Positions 49,068 through 59,710 of a stretch of 64,000 nt of DNA are shown piece by piece. This DNA is from Bacteroidales bacterium. GTDB lineage: Bacteria > Bacteroidota > Bacteroidia > Bacteroidales > UBA1715. A program made the position numbers and the translations under genes. Position 1 is the stretch's first letter. Each line of letters starts with the position of its first letter. The stretch covers positions 50 to 64,049 of the forward strand of contig JAQICB010000049.1 in assembly GCA_027858745.1 (NCBI GenBank). Direction: 5' to 3'. The notes under the pieces are model-generated. The model ran no database searches. It was not told the origin of the DNA and saw only the letters and a list, made by a program, of their open reading frames with translations.

Positions 49068-49685
49068 ATGGAAAATTTATTAGATATTTTTGTTAAGTCT
49101 ATTTTTATAGACAATATGGTGTTCGCATACTTTTTGGGTATGTGTTCATTTCTTGCTGTTTCGAAAACAGTTGAAACCTCTACCGGCCTGGGAATTGCTG
49201 TCATTTTTGTGCTTGGCATAACTGTTCCGGTCAATTATTTAATAGACAAATATGTATTAGAAAGTGGTGCGCTCGTTTGGCTCGATGGGTCATTTAAAGA
49301 TGTTGATTTAAGTTTTTTAAGTTTCATCATGTTTATTGCGGTAATTGCATCAATGGTTCAATTAGTCGAAATGATTGTTGAAAAATTTGCTCCGTCATTG
49401 TATACATCTTTAGGTATTTTTCTTCCACTTATTGCGGTAAACTGTGCGATTTTAGGGGGGTCATTATTTATGCAGGAACGTGCATATAACACTGTTACTG
49501 AAGCATCAGTGTTTGGATTGGGTTCTGGCGTTGGATGGTTTTTAGCGATAATTGGTATTGCCGCAATTCGCGAAAAAATTCAATATTCGAATGTGCCACC
49601 GGCATTACGAGGATTAGGGATAACATTTATTGCAACCGGATTGATGGGGATTGCATTTATGAGTTTTATGGGTATTAAATTATAA
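49068..49685 (+). CDS. nqrE: Na+-translocating NADH-quinone reductase subunit E
   Basis: 205-aa polytopic protein homologous in layout to NqrD/Rnf[15 protein letters not shown] motif. Confidence 0.95.
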   Translation: MENLLDIFVKSIFIDNMVFAYFLGMCSFLAVSKTVETSTGLGIAVIFVLGITVPVNYLIDKYVLESGALVWLDGSFKDVDLSFLSFIMFIAVIASMVQLVEMIVEKFAPSLYTSLGIFLPLIAVNCAILGGSLFMQERAYNTVTEASVFGLGSGVGWFLAIIGIAAIREKIQYSNVPPALRGLGITFIATGLMGIAFMSFMGIKL

Positions 49686-49696
49686 ATTTCACACAT

Positions 49697-50956
49697 ATGA
49701 TTTTTCTTGACGCATCTGCGGGGATAGTTATTATTACAAGTATTGTAGTATTTTTATTAGTTATATTATTATTAGTTGCTATTTTATTATATGCAAAAGC
49801 TAAATTATTACCTTCGGGAGAAGTTTCTTTTCAGGTTAATGATATAGACCCGGTGCAAGTTAAACCGGGAGCTACCCTTTTAAACACACTTCAAAGTCAA
49901 GAAATTTTTCTACCTTCTGCTTGTGGTGGTGGTGGTTCTTGTGGCATGTGTAAATGTAAAACCCTTGATGGAGGCGGTTCGATTTTACCTACAGAAAAAC
50001 CATTCTTTAGCAAAAAAGAACAGGCAAACAATTGGCGTTTGGCTTGTCAGGTGAAAGTAAAAGAGGACATGAAGATTTGGGTTCCTGAAGATGTGTTGGG
50101 TGTAAAGAAAATGGAATGTGAAGTAGTATCTAACAGAAATGTGGCTTCGTTTATTAAAGAATTTGTCGTGAAACTTCCGGAAGGTGAAACGCTCGATTTC
50201 AAATCGGGTGGATATATCCAAATTGATGTGCCAAAATATGAATGTGATTTTGGCAAAGACATCGAAGTTGACGAACGATTTAAATCGGAATGGGACAAAT
50301 TTAAACTCTGGGGATTACATATTAAAAATACGGAAGAAACCTTTCGGGCATATTCTATGGCAAACCATCCTGCAGAAGGAAATATTATTATGCTTAATAT
50401 TCGTATTGCAACTCCTCCATGGGACAGAGAAAAAAATGATTGGGCAAAAGTTCCACCAGGTGCGTGTTCTTCATATATTTTTTCACGTAAAGCGGGCGAT
50501 AAAGTAACTATTTCGGGCCCATTTGGTGAATTCTTTATTCAAGACACACAAAATGAAATGTTGTATATTGGTGGAGGTGCCGGTATGGCTCCGCTACGTT
50601 CTCATTTATTCCACTTGTTCCATACGTTAAAAACAAACCGAAAAGTTTCGTATTGGTATGGTGCTCGTTCTAAAAGGGAAATATTCTATGAGGAAGAATT
50701 TAGAAAAATTGAAAAGGATTTCCCGAATTTTACATTCAATATTGCATTGAGTGACCCATTGCCTGAAGATAATTGGGATGGATACACGGGTTTTATTCAC
50801 CAAGTAATACATGATGAATACTTGAGCAAACACGATGCTCCGGAAGACATTGAATATTACATGTGTGGTCCCGGGCCAATGGCAAATGCTGCCATTAACA
50901 TGCTCCACGATTTGGGTGTTGAGCGAGAAAATATTTATTTTGACGATTTCGGATAA
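49697..50956 (+). CDS. nqrF: Na+-translocating NADH-quinone reductase subunit F
   Basis: N-terminal TM, 2Fe-2S ferredoxin motif [20 protein letters not shown]-binding RAYSMAN and GGGAGMAPL motifs. Confidence 0.96.
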   Translation: MIFLDASAGIVIITSIVVFLLVILLLVAILLYAKAKLLPSGEVSFQVNDIDPVQVKPGATLLNTLQSQEIFLPSACGGGGSCGMCKCKTLDGGGSILPTEKPFFSKKEQANNWRLACQVKVKEDMKIWVPEDVLGVKKMECEVVSNRNVASFIKEFVVKLPEGETLDFKSGGYIQIDVPKYECDFGKDIEVDERFKSEWDKFKLWGLHIKNTEETFRAYSMANHPAEGNIIMLNIRIATPPWDREKNDWAKVPPGACSSYIFSRKAGDKVTISGPFGEFFIQDTQNEMLYIGGGAGMAPLRSHLFHLFHTLKTNRKVSYWYGARSKREIFYEEEFRKIEKDFPNFTFNIALSDPLPEDNWDGYTGFIHQVIHDEYLSKHDAPEDIEYYMCGPGPMANAAINMLHDLGVERENIYFDDFG

Positions 50957-50961
50957 TATAT

Positions 50962-50988
50962 AAAGCCTCATATTTGTGAGGCTTTTTT
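50962..50988 (+). terminator. Rho-independent terminator of the nqr operon
   Basis: aaagcctca (50962-50970) / tgaggcttt (50977-50985) 9-bp stem, 6-nt loop, T-run to 50988. Lies 6 nt after the nqrF stop. Confidence 0.85.
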
Positions 50989-50998
50989 CTGTATACCT

Positions 50999-51796
50999 AT
51001 GATACAAATTGGCACACATCCAATATCTTGTTTTGTCTTTGATCTAGATGGAACTGTGTATTGTGAAAATACAGTCATAGACAATGTTGTTCCGTTTTTT
51101 TCATATCTTTATTCTCAACAGATTTCGTTCTATTTTTTCACGAATAACTCATCTCATTCAAAAGACTTTTATCTGAGAAAACTTCATGATTTTGGTCTAA
51201 ATTTTATTGAAAAACACCAGATTATCACCTCAACCGATGTCCTCATTTCATATCTCAACAGCAAAAATATATCGCATATTTCGTGCATAGGAACCGATGA
51301 TATGCAGGAAGAACTTAAACTTGCAGGGGTATCAATTATAATCGAAAAAAATCAATCTATTGAAGCTGTGGTAATTGGTTTTGACACGAGTTTACAATAC
51401 CACAAACTCGAAATTGCCAATCATTATGCACGAAAAGGTGTTCCAATTTTTGCAACAAATGAAGATTTAGTTTGTCCGGTATCTCATAATGAATTTATTC
51501 CCGATTGTGGTTCAATTACCACTTTAATAGAAAAGTCGAGCGGATATTCGGCTCAGTTTTTTGGGAAACCACAAAAAGTTGCGGCAGAATATATTTGTAA
51601 CTATACCAAAACGCAAGCCGAACAAATTTGTATGATTGGCGACCGATTGTATACCGATATGAAAATGGCTCTACACAATTTCAAGACAATACTCGTGCTC
51701 TCCGGTGAAACGACCGAGGATATGGCTCGTGCATCGGAACAGCATGTTGATTATATTATTTCAGATATAACTAAACTGCAAAAACTGTTTAGTTAA
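50999..51796 (+). CDS. HAD-IIA family hydrolase (NagD-like sugar phosphatase)
   Basis: FVFDLDGTVY (HAD motif I), FFTNNSS (motif II), GKP and MIGDRLYTDM (motifs III/IV). Confidence 0.75.
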   Translation: MIQIGTHPISCFVFDLDGTVYCENTVIDNVVPFFSYLYSQQISFYFFTNNSSHSKDFYLRKLHDFGLNFIEKHQIITSTDVLISYLNSKNISHISCIGTDDMQEELKLAGVSIIIEKNQSIEAVVIGFDTSLQYHKLEIANHYARKGVPIFATNEDLVCPVSHNEFIPDCGSITTLIEKSSGYSAQFFGKPQKVAAEYICNYTKTQAEQICMIGDRLYTDMKMALHNFKTILVLSGETTEDMARASEQHVDYIISDITKLQKLFS

Positions 51797-51856
51797 AAAA
51801 AATTCTATCAATCTAAACTCTAAAAATCGCGTCGGGATGACATTAAATATACAGGT

Positions 51857-53173
51857 ATGACGTTTTTGTTACCATTTTTCTATTTTATCATTTTTTCATA
51901 CATACTGTATAAACACAGGTTTTTTAAAAGTATGCATCTTCCTTTTTGGATTCTTATCGGCATATTTTCATTAAAAATAATTTCGTCAGCTGTAATGTAT
52001 TGGATTTATACTTCATATTATCCTGTTCGCATTGAGGCCGACATATTCAAATATTTTGATGATGCAAAAATTATATTTTCGTCTCTTGAACACTCAGTAT
52101 GGCATTATATAAAACTCATGTGCGACATTGATGTCTCACATCCTCAATTGAACGAGTACTACGACAAGATGGACTTTTGGGATCGAAAAATTGATTATGG
52201 TATCAGAAACGATAATCGTACAATTATAAAAGCCAATGCATTAATTATGCTTTTCTCTTTTGGAAACATTTGGGTACATAATGTGTTTGCGGGTTTTATC
52301 TCAATTTTTTCATATCTTTTATTATACAAAATAATACGCCCTTATAATCCAAAATTACAATATGCCTTATTAATCTCTATCGTTTTAATTCCTTCCGGAT
52401 TTTTTTGGACATCCGCCATGCTCAAAGAAACAATTGTAATGTTGGGATTAGCCTGTTATGTGTACGGATTTATTTCGGTTCTCACAAAACAAAAAAAGTA
52501 TCTTTCATGGATATATCTCATCATCGGTATATTTATTTTATTGCATATAAAAGTGTATGTAATAGCAGCTCTCATACCGGCTTCGCTTGGTTTTTCAATC
52601 GCATACAAACTTCAACAAAAACGGGTTTCATATGTGTATATAATAACATTACTCATACTTATTGTGGGAATTATCATTAACAACACCTATCTCCATGCAG
52701 TGCCAATTCTCGAAAAATTCGCAGACAAACGAAATGATTTCATTATGGATGCCGTATATTACGCTCACGCACAAAGCTATATACCTATAGGTTTTTTAGA
52801 TGCAAATAGTATGAGTTTTATACGAGAAACACCCGCAGCACTCTACCGTGCTCTTTTTCTTCCCTGGATCTGGAATGCATCCTCATTACTCGCAATTATT
52901 CCGGCTTTGGAAAATCTTGTGCTCTTAATTTTATGCGTTCTTGCCTGTTTTTTTTCGCGTACCTTACATCGTTCGGAGCAAAATATTATATGGTTCTTTC
53001 TAGTTTTTTCAATAACATTACTGTGGATTATCGGTATTACAACTCCTGTTATCGGTGCAATTGTTCGGTACAAAATACCGGTATTCCCATTTTTATATAG
53101 TATTTTTGTACTTATTATTGATTGGCACAAATTATTTTTTAGTATACGAAAAAATGAATACAAAACTTTATAA
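51857..53173 (+). CDS. Hypothetical polytopic membrane protein (possibly GT-C-like)
   Basis: 438 aa with more than 10 hydrophobic helices. An acidic first-loop motif (ADIFKYFDDA) is reminiscent of GT-C glycosyltransferases or polymerases. No family recognised with confidence. Confidence 0.45.
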   Translation: MTFLLPFFYFIIFSYILYKHRFFKSMHLPFWILIGIFSLKIISSAVMYWIYTSYYPVRIEADIFKYFDDAKIIFSSLEHSVWHYIKLMCDIDVSHPQLNEYYDKMDFWDRKIDYGIRNDNRTIIKANALIMLFSFGNIWVHNVFAGFISIFSYLLLYKIIRPYNPKLQYALLISIVLIPSGFFWTSAMLKETIVMLGLACYVYGFISVLTKQKKYLSWIYLIIGIFILLHIKVYVIAALIPASLGFSIAYKLQQKRVSYVYIITLLILIVGIIINNTYLHAVPILEKFADKRNDFIMDAVYYAHAQSYIPIGFLDANSMSFIRETPAALYRALFLPWIWNASSLLAIIPALENLVLLILCVLACFFSRTLHRSEQNIIWFFLVFSITLLWIIGITTPVIGAIVRYKIPVFPFLYSIFVLIIDWHKLFFSIRKNEYKTL

Positions 53174-54233
53174 ACACAGTCGTTTACACGACTTCACATA
53201 TAACATACTCAAAGCTATCGGTCATTCTAATAGTGATGCAAAACTCGGAGCAGATGTCTTAATTTCCGCAGATTTACGAGGAGTAGACTCGCACGGTGTT
53301 GCACGTTTACGCGGTTATATAAATTTATGGGAAGCAAAGCGAATGAATTCGCACCCACATATTTCTATTGAACACGAAACGCCATCAACCGCGACAATTG
53401 ACGGAGACCAGGGATTAGGACTGGTTGTTGCTCCGCAAGCAATGAATATTGCAATAGAAAAAGCTCGTAATGTTGGAACCGGTTGGGTAGCAATTAACAA
53501 TTCAAACCATTTTGGAATTGCCGGATATCATGCGATGATGGCTTTAGAACACGACATGATTGGATTTGCTCTAACAAATGCAACACCAACCACCGCCCCC
53601 ACATTCGGAAACAAAAAAATGTTAGGAACTAATCCTATAGCTATGGCTGTTCCTACAGCTCAACAACCTCCTTTTGTGGCAGATTTTGCCTCAACTACAA
53701 CAGCAGTGGGGAAACTTGAAATTTTACAACGGAAAAATGAAGATGCTCCTTTAGGTTGGATTCAGGACAAACAAGGGAACCCAACGCAAGATGCTTCGAG
53801 TCTCAAAAATGGCGGTACCTTATTACCTTTGGGTTCAGACAGAATTCACAGTAGTCATAAAGGATATTGCTTAGGTTCTATAGTTGACATACTTACTGCG
53901 GTGCTTTCCGGAGCAAATTACGGCCCATGGGTTCCGCCATTTCTTGCATTTCTCAATCCTGCCGAAAACCCCGTCGGGAAAGGAATTGGTCATTTTGTTG
54001 GTGCTATGCGAATCGATGCATTCCGTCCGGCAGATGAATTCAAATCTCATATGGATAACTGGATTGAAACATTTCGTGCCTGTCCGCCAATTAACGCAAA
54101 CGAACCAGTACAAATCCCGGGAGACCAAGAACGAATACTTACCGAAGAACGTCTGCAAAATGGCATTCCCCTTCTCACTCCTGTTGTTGAAGATTTACAA
54201 AATATTGCAAAACAATTTAACGTAAGCTTATAA
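53154..54233 (+). CDS. Ldh_2-family oxidoreductase (malate/L-sulfolactate/ureidoglycolate dehydrogenase family)
   Basis: Start moved to the ATG at 53154 (MNTKLYKHSRL). GVDSHGVARL and NSNHFGIAGYH motifs typical of Ldh_2. 20-nt overlap with the upstream membrane-protein gene. Stop lies 3 nt before bioB. Confidence 0.82.
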   Translation: MNTKLYKHSRLHDFTYNILKAIGHSNSDAKLGADVLISADLRGVDSHGVARLRGYINLWEAKRMNSHPHISIEHETPSTATIDGDQGLGLVVAPQAMNIAIEKARNVGTGWVAINNSNHFGIAGYHAMMALEHDMIGFALTNATPTTAPTFGNKKMLGTNPIAMAVPTAQQPPFVADFASTTTAVGKLEILQRKNEDAPLGWIQDKQGNPTQDASSLKNGGTLLPLGSDRIHSSHKGYCLGSIVDILTAVLSGANYGPWVPPFLAFLNPAENPVGKGIGHFVGAMRIDAFRPADEFKSHMDNWIETFRACPPINANEPVQIPGDQERILTEERLQNGIPLLTPVVEDLQNIAKQFNVSL

Positions 54234-54236
54234 ATT

Positions 54237-55202
54237 ATGATTGATATACAAACACTTACACAAAAAATTCTTTCCGGTGAAACTATTTCATATGAAACCG
54301 GTGTTGAATTAATACATCACCCCGAAAAAAAAGAGCTTTACGAAGCTGCTGACACAATCCGAAAACATTTTTGCGGAAACAAAATGGATTTGTGTTCTAT
54401 AACTAATGCAAAATCGGGTGCTTGCAGCGAAAACTGTAAATGGTGCAGCCAGTCGGCTCATCACACAACAGATGTTGAACACTATGAATTAATAGACAAA
54501 GACAGAGCCGTTGCCGAAGCAACCGAAAATGAAAAAAATGGAGTACACCGCCACTCCCTTGTTACAAGCGGACGAAGCATTTCGGACACAAATTTACAAG
54601 ACTTATTATCTATTTATAAAGAAATTAAACAAACTAGTAGCATTGGTTTATGTGCCTCTATGGGGCTTCTCACGAAATCGCAACTCGTTAAACTCAAAAA
54701 TGCAGGCATTTCTCATTACCATTGTAATTTAGAAACAGCACCTTCATTTTTTCCACAGGTTTGTTCGACACACACTGTAGAAGATAAAATAAAAGTCATA
54801 CAAACTGCACAAAATCTGGGCATAAACGTGTGTTCGGGTGGAATAATTGGTCTCGGCGAAACTGCCGAACAACGGGTAGAACTTGCCTGCGCATTAGCAG
54901 ATTTAGACATACAATCTATTCCGCTAAACATTCTCACCCCTATAGAAGGAACTCCACTCGCAAAAGCACAACCTCTCAATAAAGATGAAATTCTTTCGAC
55001 TATTGCAGTATTTAGATTCATCAATCCACGAGCAAATATTCGCTTTGCCGGTGGGCGGTTGCTTATTAAAGATTTTGAAGATGAAGCATTGCACGCAGGT
55101 ATAAATTCTGCGTTAACCGGAAATTACCTTACCACTATAGGTTCGGATACACAAACAGATATTAAAAACTTTACATCCAGCGGATTTACAATTGATGTAT
55201 AA
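54237..55202 (+). CDS. bioB: Biotin synthase
   Basis: Radical SAM motif CSENCKWCSQS, plus HCNLET and GGIIGLGET blocks. Confidence 0.96.
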   Translation: MIDIQTLTQKILSGETISYETGVELIHHPEKKELYEAADTIRKHFCGNKMDLCSITNAKSGACSENCKWCSQSAHHTTDVEHYELIDKDRAVAEATENEKNGVHRHSLVTSGRSISDTNLQDLLSIYKEIKQTSSIGLCASMGLLTKSQLVKLKNAGISHYHCNLETAPSFFPQVCSTHTVEDKIKVIQTAQNLGINVCSGGIIGLGETAEQRVELACALADLDIQSIPLNILTPIEGTPLAKAQPLNKDEILSTIAVFRFINPRANIRFAGGRLLIKDFEDEALHAGINSALTGNYLTTIGSDTQTDIKNFTSSGFTIDV

Positions 55203-56493
55203 TATGAACTATTCAGAATTAATTGCAATTGACAAACATCATATTTGGCATCCGTACTCTTCGATAAACAGTCCGGTAACTCCTGAACTCATATCTCGGG
55301 CAGACGGTGTATATTTGCACACACACGACGGAAAACAGATAATTGATGGTATGTCGAGCTGGTGGTCCGCGATTCACGGCTACAATCACTCGACTTTAAA
55401 TAATGCGGCAACTGAACAGCTCAACAACATGTCGCATGTCATGTTTGGTGGGCTTACGCACAGACCGGCAATAGAATTAGCCGCTAAAATTTTAGATATT
55501 GTTCCTCAGAATCTCCGCCATATTTTTTATTCCGATTCGGGCTCGGTATCTGTGGAAGTTGCCATGAAAATGGCAGTGCAATATTGGTATTCGAAAAACC
55601 AAGCTTCCAAACACAGATTTGCAACTATGAGGGGCGGATATCATGGCGACACTTGGCATGCAATGTCGGTATGCGACCCCGAAAACGGTATGCACAATAT
55701 ATTCTCCGACTCATTACCACAGCAATTTTTTGTACCTCGTCCTCAATCACTTTTTGGCGGCACATGGCATTCAGAAGATATTGATGCCGTGCATGAATTA
55801 TTCAAAAAACATCATACAGAAATTGCTGCATTTATTCTTGAGCCAATTGTACAAGGTGCCGGTGGTATGTATTTTTATCACCGACAATTTTTAGTAGAAT
55901 TGCGTACATTGTGCAATGAATTTAACATTCTGCTTATAGCAGATGAAATTGCAACAGGATTTGGCAGAACTGGAAAAATGTTTGCCTGCGAACATGCAAA
56001 TATTGAACCCGATATTCTCTGTATGGGAAAATCAATTACCGGCGGATATATGAGTTTTGCAGCAACTGTGTGCACTACAAAAATTGCACAAACTATTTCG
56101 GATAATGCTCCTGGTGTATTTATGCACGGACCAACCTTTATGGGAAATCCGCTCGCATGTGCAGTTGCATCGGCAAATATTTCACTGCTGTGCAATTCGG
56201 AATGGCAGGACACTATTGCATTGCTCGAACAACAATTACAGACAGAACTTTCACCTTTAGAATCTCATTCTGCGGTACACAAGGTGCGGGTGTTAGGAGC
56301 TATTGGCGTTGTTGAAATGAAAGAGGCCGTTGATATGAAAAAAATTCAGCCCCTATTTGTAAAACATGGCGTGTGGATTCGTCCTTTTGGAAAATTAATC
56401 TACACCATGCCTGCGTATATTATGAATTCATCGGAATTACATAATTTGTGCGAAGGAATAAAACAGACTATTCACGAAGTGTACGGAAAATAA
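55192..56493 (+). CDS. bioA: Adenosylmethionine-8-amino-7-oxononanoate aminotransferase
   Basis: HIWHPYS, WWSAIHGYNH, LIADEIATGFGRTGKMFA and GKSITGGYM (PLP lysine) motifs. The start could instead be the ATG at 55204. Confidence 0.94.
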   Translation: MMYNMNYSELIAIDKHHIWHPYSSINSPVTPELISRADGVYLHTHDGKQIIDGMSSWWSAIHGYNHSTLNNAATEQLNNMSHVMFGGLTHRPAIELAAKILDIVPQNLRHIFYSDSGSVSVEVAMKMAVQYWYSKNQASKHRFATMRGGYHGDTWHAMSVCDPENGMHNIFSDSLPQQFFVPRPQSLFGGTWHSEDIDAVHELFKKHHTEIAAFILEPIVQGAGGMYFYHRQFLVELRTLCNEFNILLIADEIATGFGRTGKMFACEHANIEPDILCMGKSITGGYMSFAATVCTTKIAQTISDNAPGVFMHGPTFMGNPLACAVASANISLLCNSEWQDTIALLEQQLQTELSPLESHSAVHKVRVLGAIGVVEMKEAVDMKKIQPLFVKHGVWIRPFGKLIYTMPAYIMNSSELHNLCEGIKQTIHEVYGK

Positions 56494-56502
56494 CGGAGAA
56501 TT

Positions 56503-57624
56503 ATGTCTCACGATCAATCATACAAACAATCATTAGAAAAATTACAAAAATCAGGCGGATTTCGAAGTATTCACAATCCGGTACCGGACAATATGATAAA
56601 TGTATGTTCCAATGATTATCTCGGATTGCAGCATGACAGTAAACTTTACGAAGAATTTTCGGAGGAACTTTCCTCTGCAAAATACCGCTTTACCGCTGCA
56701 TCATCGCGCTTACTAACCGGCAATTCCGATGAATATAATGCCTTAGAAACATACCTGAAAAAACTATATTCAACAGAATCGGCACTGGTTTTCAATAGCG
56801 GATATCACATAAATGCAGGAATACTTCCGGCACTAACAGACAAACATGATTTAATAATTGCCGATAAATATGTGCACGCAAGCATTATTGATGGACTCAA
56901 ACTCAGTTCCACAGATTATATTCGCTACCGTCATCTTGACTATGAGCATCTTGAAAAGATTTTGAAAGACAAAGCACATAAGTATTCATCAGTATTCATT
57001 GTTACCGAAAGTATTTTTAGTATGGACGGCGATTGTGCCGATTTACCCAAAATTGTAGCCCTCAAAAAGAAATATAATGCATTTTTGTATGTTGACGAAG
57101 CACATGCACTTGGAGTTCGTGGCGAAAAGGGACTTGGCTTAGCAGAAGAACAAAATTGCATTGCAGACTGCGATTTTATTGTTGGCACGTTTGGTAAAGC
57201 AATAGCTTCGATTGGAGCATTTGTTGTATGCAACAAAATTTTTGCTTCATATGTAATAAATCACACACGCACACTTATTTACACAACGGCACTTCCGCCC
57301 ATAAATCTGGCGTGGACACTGTTTATTATGAAAAAAATTCCTCAGTACTCCGATAAACGAGCTCATCTTCAAAACTTACAAGAATTGTTTGTACAACGAG
57401 CAAATCTTAATGCAGACACACACATTATCCCTTACATTTTAGGCACAAACGAAGAAGCCATTCGATATGCCAACAATCTCCAAAACAAAGGAATATACGC
57501 ACTACCGGTACGGTATCCGACAGTTCCCCGGAACAAAGCACGCATACGTTTTTCTCTCCATGCAGGACTTTCGGAAGCAGATATTATTACCATCACTAAC
57601 ATATTACATTCTCATGAAATATAA
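56503..57624 (+). CDS. bioF: 8-amino-7-oxononanoate synthase
   Basis: NDYLGL, SMDGD, VDEAHALGVRG and GTFGKA (PLP lysine) motifs of the alpha-oxoamine synthase family, in bio-operon context. Confidence 0.9.
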   Translation: MSHDQSYKQSLEKLQKSGGFRSIHNPVPDNMINVCSNDYLGLQHDSKLYEEFSEELSSAKYRFTAASSRLLTGNSDEYNALETYLKKLYSTESALVFNSGYHINAGILPALTDKHDLIIADKYVHASIIDGLKLSSTDYIRYRHLDYEHLEKILKDKAHKYSSVFIVTESIFSMDGDCADLPKIVALKKKYNAFLYVDEAHALGVRGEKGLGLAEEQNCIADCDFIVGTFGKAIASIGAFVVCNKIFASYVINHTRTLIYTTALPPINLAWTLFIMKKIPQYSDKRAHLQNLQELFVQRANLNADTHIIPYILGTNEEAIRYANNLQNKGIYALPVRYPTVPRNKARIRFSLHAGLSEADIITITNILHSHEI

Positions 57625-58279
57625 ATGGTTACATCAATCACAGAACTCCTCGTGCATACTTTTTTTTAATGGCTGGGGAATGGACGAACATGCCGTTTCG
57701 CAGCTTGATTCCGACGGATTTGATGTATGCATGATGTATGATTACAATCCACTTGAAAACATACCGAATATATTCGATTCATATACAAAACTATATATAG
57801 TTGCATGGTCGCTTGGCGTATATGCAGCAGGTTTTGCATTACACAATTCACCATTACATTTCGAAAAAAAAATTGCAATAAACGGTACCGAGAAGCCTAT
57901 TGATGACAGATATGGTATTCCTGAGCAGATTTTCACAACTACTCTTACCACCTGGAACGAAAAAAACAGAGAACGATTTAATATTCGTATGTGCGGCGGA
58001 CGCACACATTATTCTGAAGCCAAAAACCATATGAGCATCAGAAGTACTGAAAATCAACACAATGAGTTAGAACATATATATAACACATACATCAAAGCCA
58101 CATCACACACACAACTCGCATGGGATACAGCCGTAATTGGCAGAGACGATTTAATTTTTTCGGAGGAAAATCAACAAAACTATTGGTCAAAACAAGTAAA
58201 TAGTCTTATTTTGCCACTCAGTCATTTTCCATTTTTCACCGTACAAAAATGGAAAAATATTATTGATGGAAAGATATGA
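57614..58279 (+). CDS. bioG: Pimeloyl-ACP methyl ester esterase, DUF452/BioG type
   Basis: Start moved to the ATG at 57614 (MKYKWLHQSQNSSCILFFNGWGMD). VAWSLGV nucleophile-elbow-like motif and AINGTEKPIDDRYGIP block match my memory of DUF452/BioG. Lies between bioF and bioC. Confidence 0.7.
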   Translation: MKYKWLHQSQNSSCILFFNGWGMDEHAVSQLDSDGFDVCMMYDYNPLENIPNIFDSYTKLYIVAWSLGVYAAGFALHNSPLHFEKKIAINGTEKPIDDRYGIPEQIFTTTLTTWNEKNRERFNIRMCGGRTHYSEAKNHMSIRSTENQHNELEHIYNTYIKATSHTQLAWDTAVIGRDDLIFSEENQQNYWSKQVNSLILPLSHFPFFTVQKWKNIIDGKI

Positions 58280-59046
58280 ACATACCGGATAAAGAATTAA
58301 TTGGAAAACGTTTTTTTAAGAAAAGAAACACATACAAAAAACAAGCTGTTGTACAACAAAAAGTAAGTAACATGCTTGCCGAAATGATTCATGACCATTC
58401 TGATTCATATACAAATATGTTAGAAATTGGTTGTGGCGTAGGATTTTTAACTGATTTCATTCTATCAAAATGCTCGATAGAAAAATTCTATGCTAATGAC
58501 ATTACCGGTTATCTTATAGACGATCTTACAAAAATTATCGAATCACATTCTTGTCCTTCCTCAGAATTTGTATGGGGCGATGCCGAAGAAATTCCTTTTC
58601 CTCCCCAATTGAATGCAATAGTTTCGAGCTCCACATTTCAATGGTTTCACGACATTCCAAGTTTTATTGTTAAAACATACGAGGCATTAAACAAAGACGG
58701 ATATTTTGCTTTCTCGACATATGGTCCGAATAATTTTATTGAAATAAAAAAAATCAATAACTATGGATTACGCTATCTCACATTAGCTCAGCTAAAAGCT
58801 TTGCTAAAACCATATTTCGAAATTATTTCAGCAGAAGAGTGGACAGAAAAACTCTATTTCAAAGATCCATACGATGTGCTTAAACATATTCAAGCAACCG
58901 GGGTAAATTCTATTTCTAATCATCACAGTTATTTCGGCAAAAAAAATATCGAACAATTTATTCGCTCATACAACCGCTTTTTTACCGAAGATGACAAAGT
59001 ATACCTGACGTACCACCCTATTATTATTACTGCTAAGAAAAAATAA
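58276..59046 (+). CDS. bioC: Malonyl-[acyl-carrier protein] O-methyltransferase
   Basis: NTYKKQAVVQQKV start block and SAM-binding MLEIGCGVGFLT motif. bio-operon context. Confidence 0.85.
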   Translation: MNIPDKELIGKRFFKKRNTYKKQAVVQQKVSNMLAEMIHDHSDSYTNMLEIGCGVGFLTDFILSKCSIEKFYANDITGYLIDDLTKIIESHSCPSSEFVWGDAEEIPFPPQLNAIVSSSTFQWFHDIPSFIVKTYEALNKDGYFAFSTYGPNNFIEIKKINNYGLRYLTLAQLKALLKPYFEIISAEEWTEKLYFKDPYDVLKHIQATGVNSISNHHSYFGKKNIEQFIRSYNRFFTEDDKVYLTYHPIIITAKKK

Positions 59047-59047
59047 T

Positions 59048-59710
59048 ATGGCTCATATTTTTTATATCAGCGGCATAGATACCGATTGCGGAAAAACATA
59101 TATTACCGGACTATTAGCACGAAATTTCGTGCAACAAGGATATAAAACAATTACCCAAAAATTGGTACAAACCGGATGTTCCGACCCTATTTCCGAAGAT
59201 ATTGCAGAACACCGAAAACTCATGAATATTGAAGCCGTGGCTGAAGACTATCAAAACATTACCTGTCCCTATATTTTCTCGTACCCGGCATCGCCACACT
59301 TTGCGGCAGAAATTGAACACACAGAAATTGACAATGATATTCTCAATACTTCAACCGAAACCTTATCTAAAAAATATTCAGTTATTCTTGTTGAAGGTGC
59401 CGGAGGCCTATGTGTGCCACTTACGCACTCAGGTTTGTTTATTGATTATATTGCAGAACACAGGCATCCCGTACTTTTAGTCTGTTCATCAAAATTAGGA
59501 AGCATAAATCACAGCATTTTGAGTTTAGAAATATGCAAACAAAAAAACATTCAGCTTCATACTGTCATTTATAACTTTTTACCTGATTCCGATCCGAAAA
59601 TTGCACAGAACAGTTTTGAATTCATTCAATCATACCTGCAACAACATTTTCCGGAAACAGAAATGATAACTTCTATTGCTCTTGAAAACGGCACAACAGT
59701 TTCATTATGA
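59048..59710 (+). CDS. bioD: Dethiobiotin synthase
   Basis: P-loop-like ISGIDTDCGKTYITG and VEGAGGLCVPL motifs. Confidence 0.9.
   Translation: MAHIFYISGIDTDCGKTYITGLLARNFVQQGYKTITQKLVQTGCSDPISEDIAEHRKLMNIEAVAEDYQNITCPYIFSYPASPHFAAEIEHTEIDNDILNTSTETLSKKYSVILVEGAGGLCVPLTHSGLFIDYIAEHRHPVLLVCSSKLGSINHSILSLEICKQKNIQLHTVIYNFLPDSDPKIAQNSFEFIQSYLQQHFPETEMITSIALENGTTVSL

Noticed and set aside
50627-51019. 130-aa minus-strand ORF spanning the nqrF 3' end, its terminator and the HAD gene start
   Set aside because: It is antisense to two well-supported genes and crosses a strong intrinsic terminator. No motifs.
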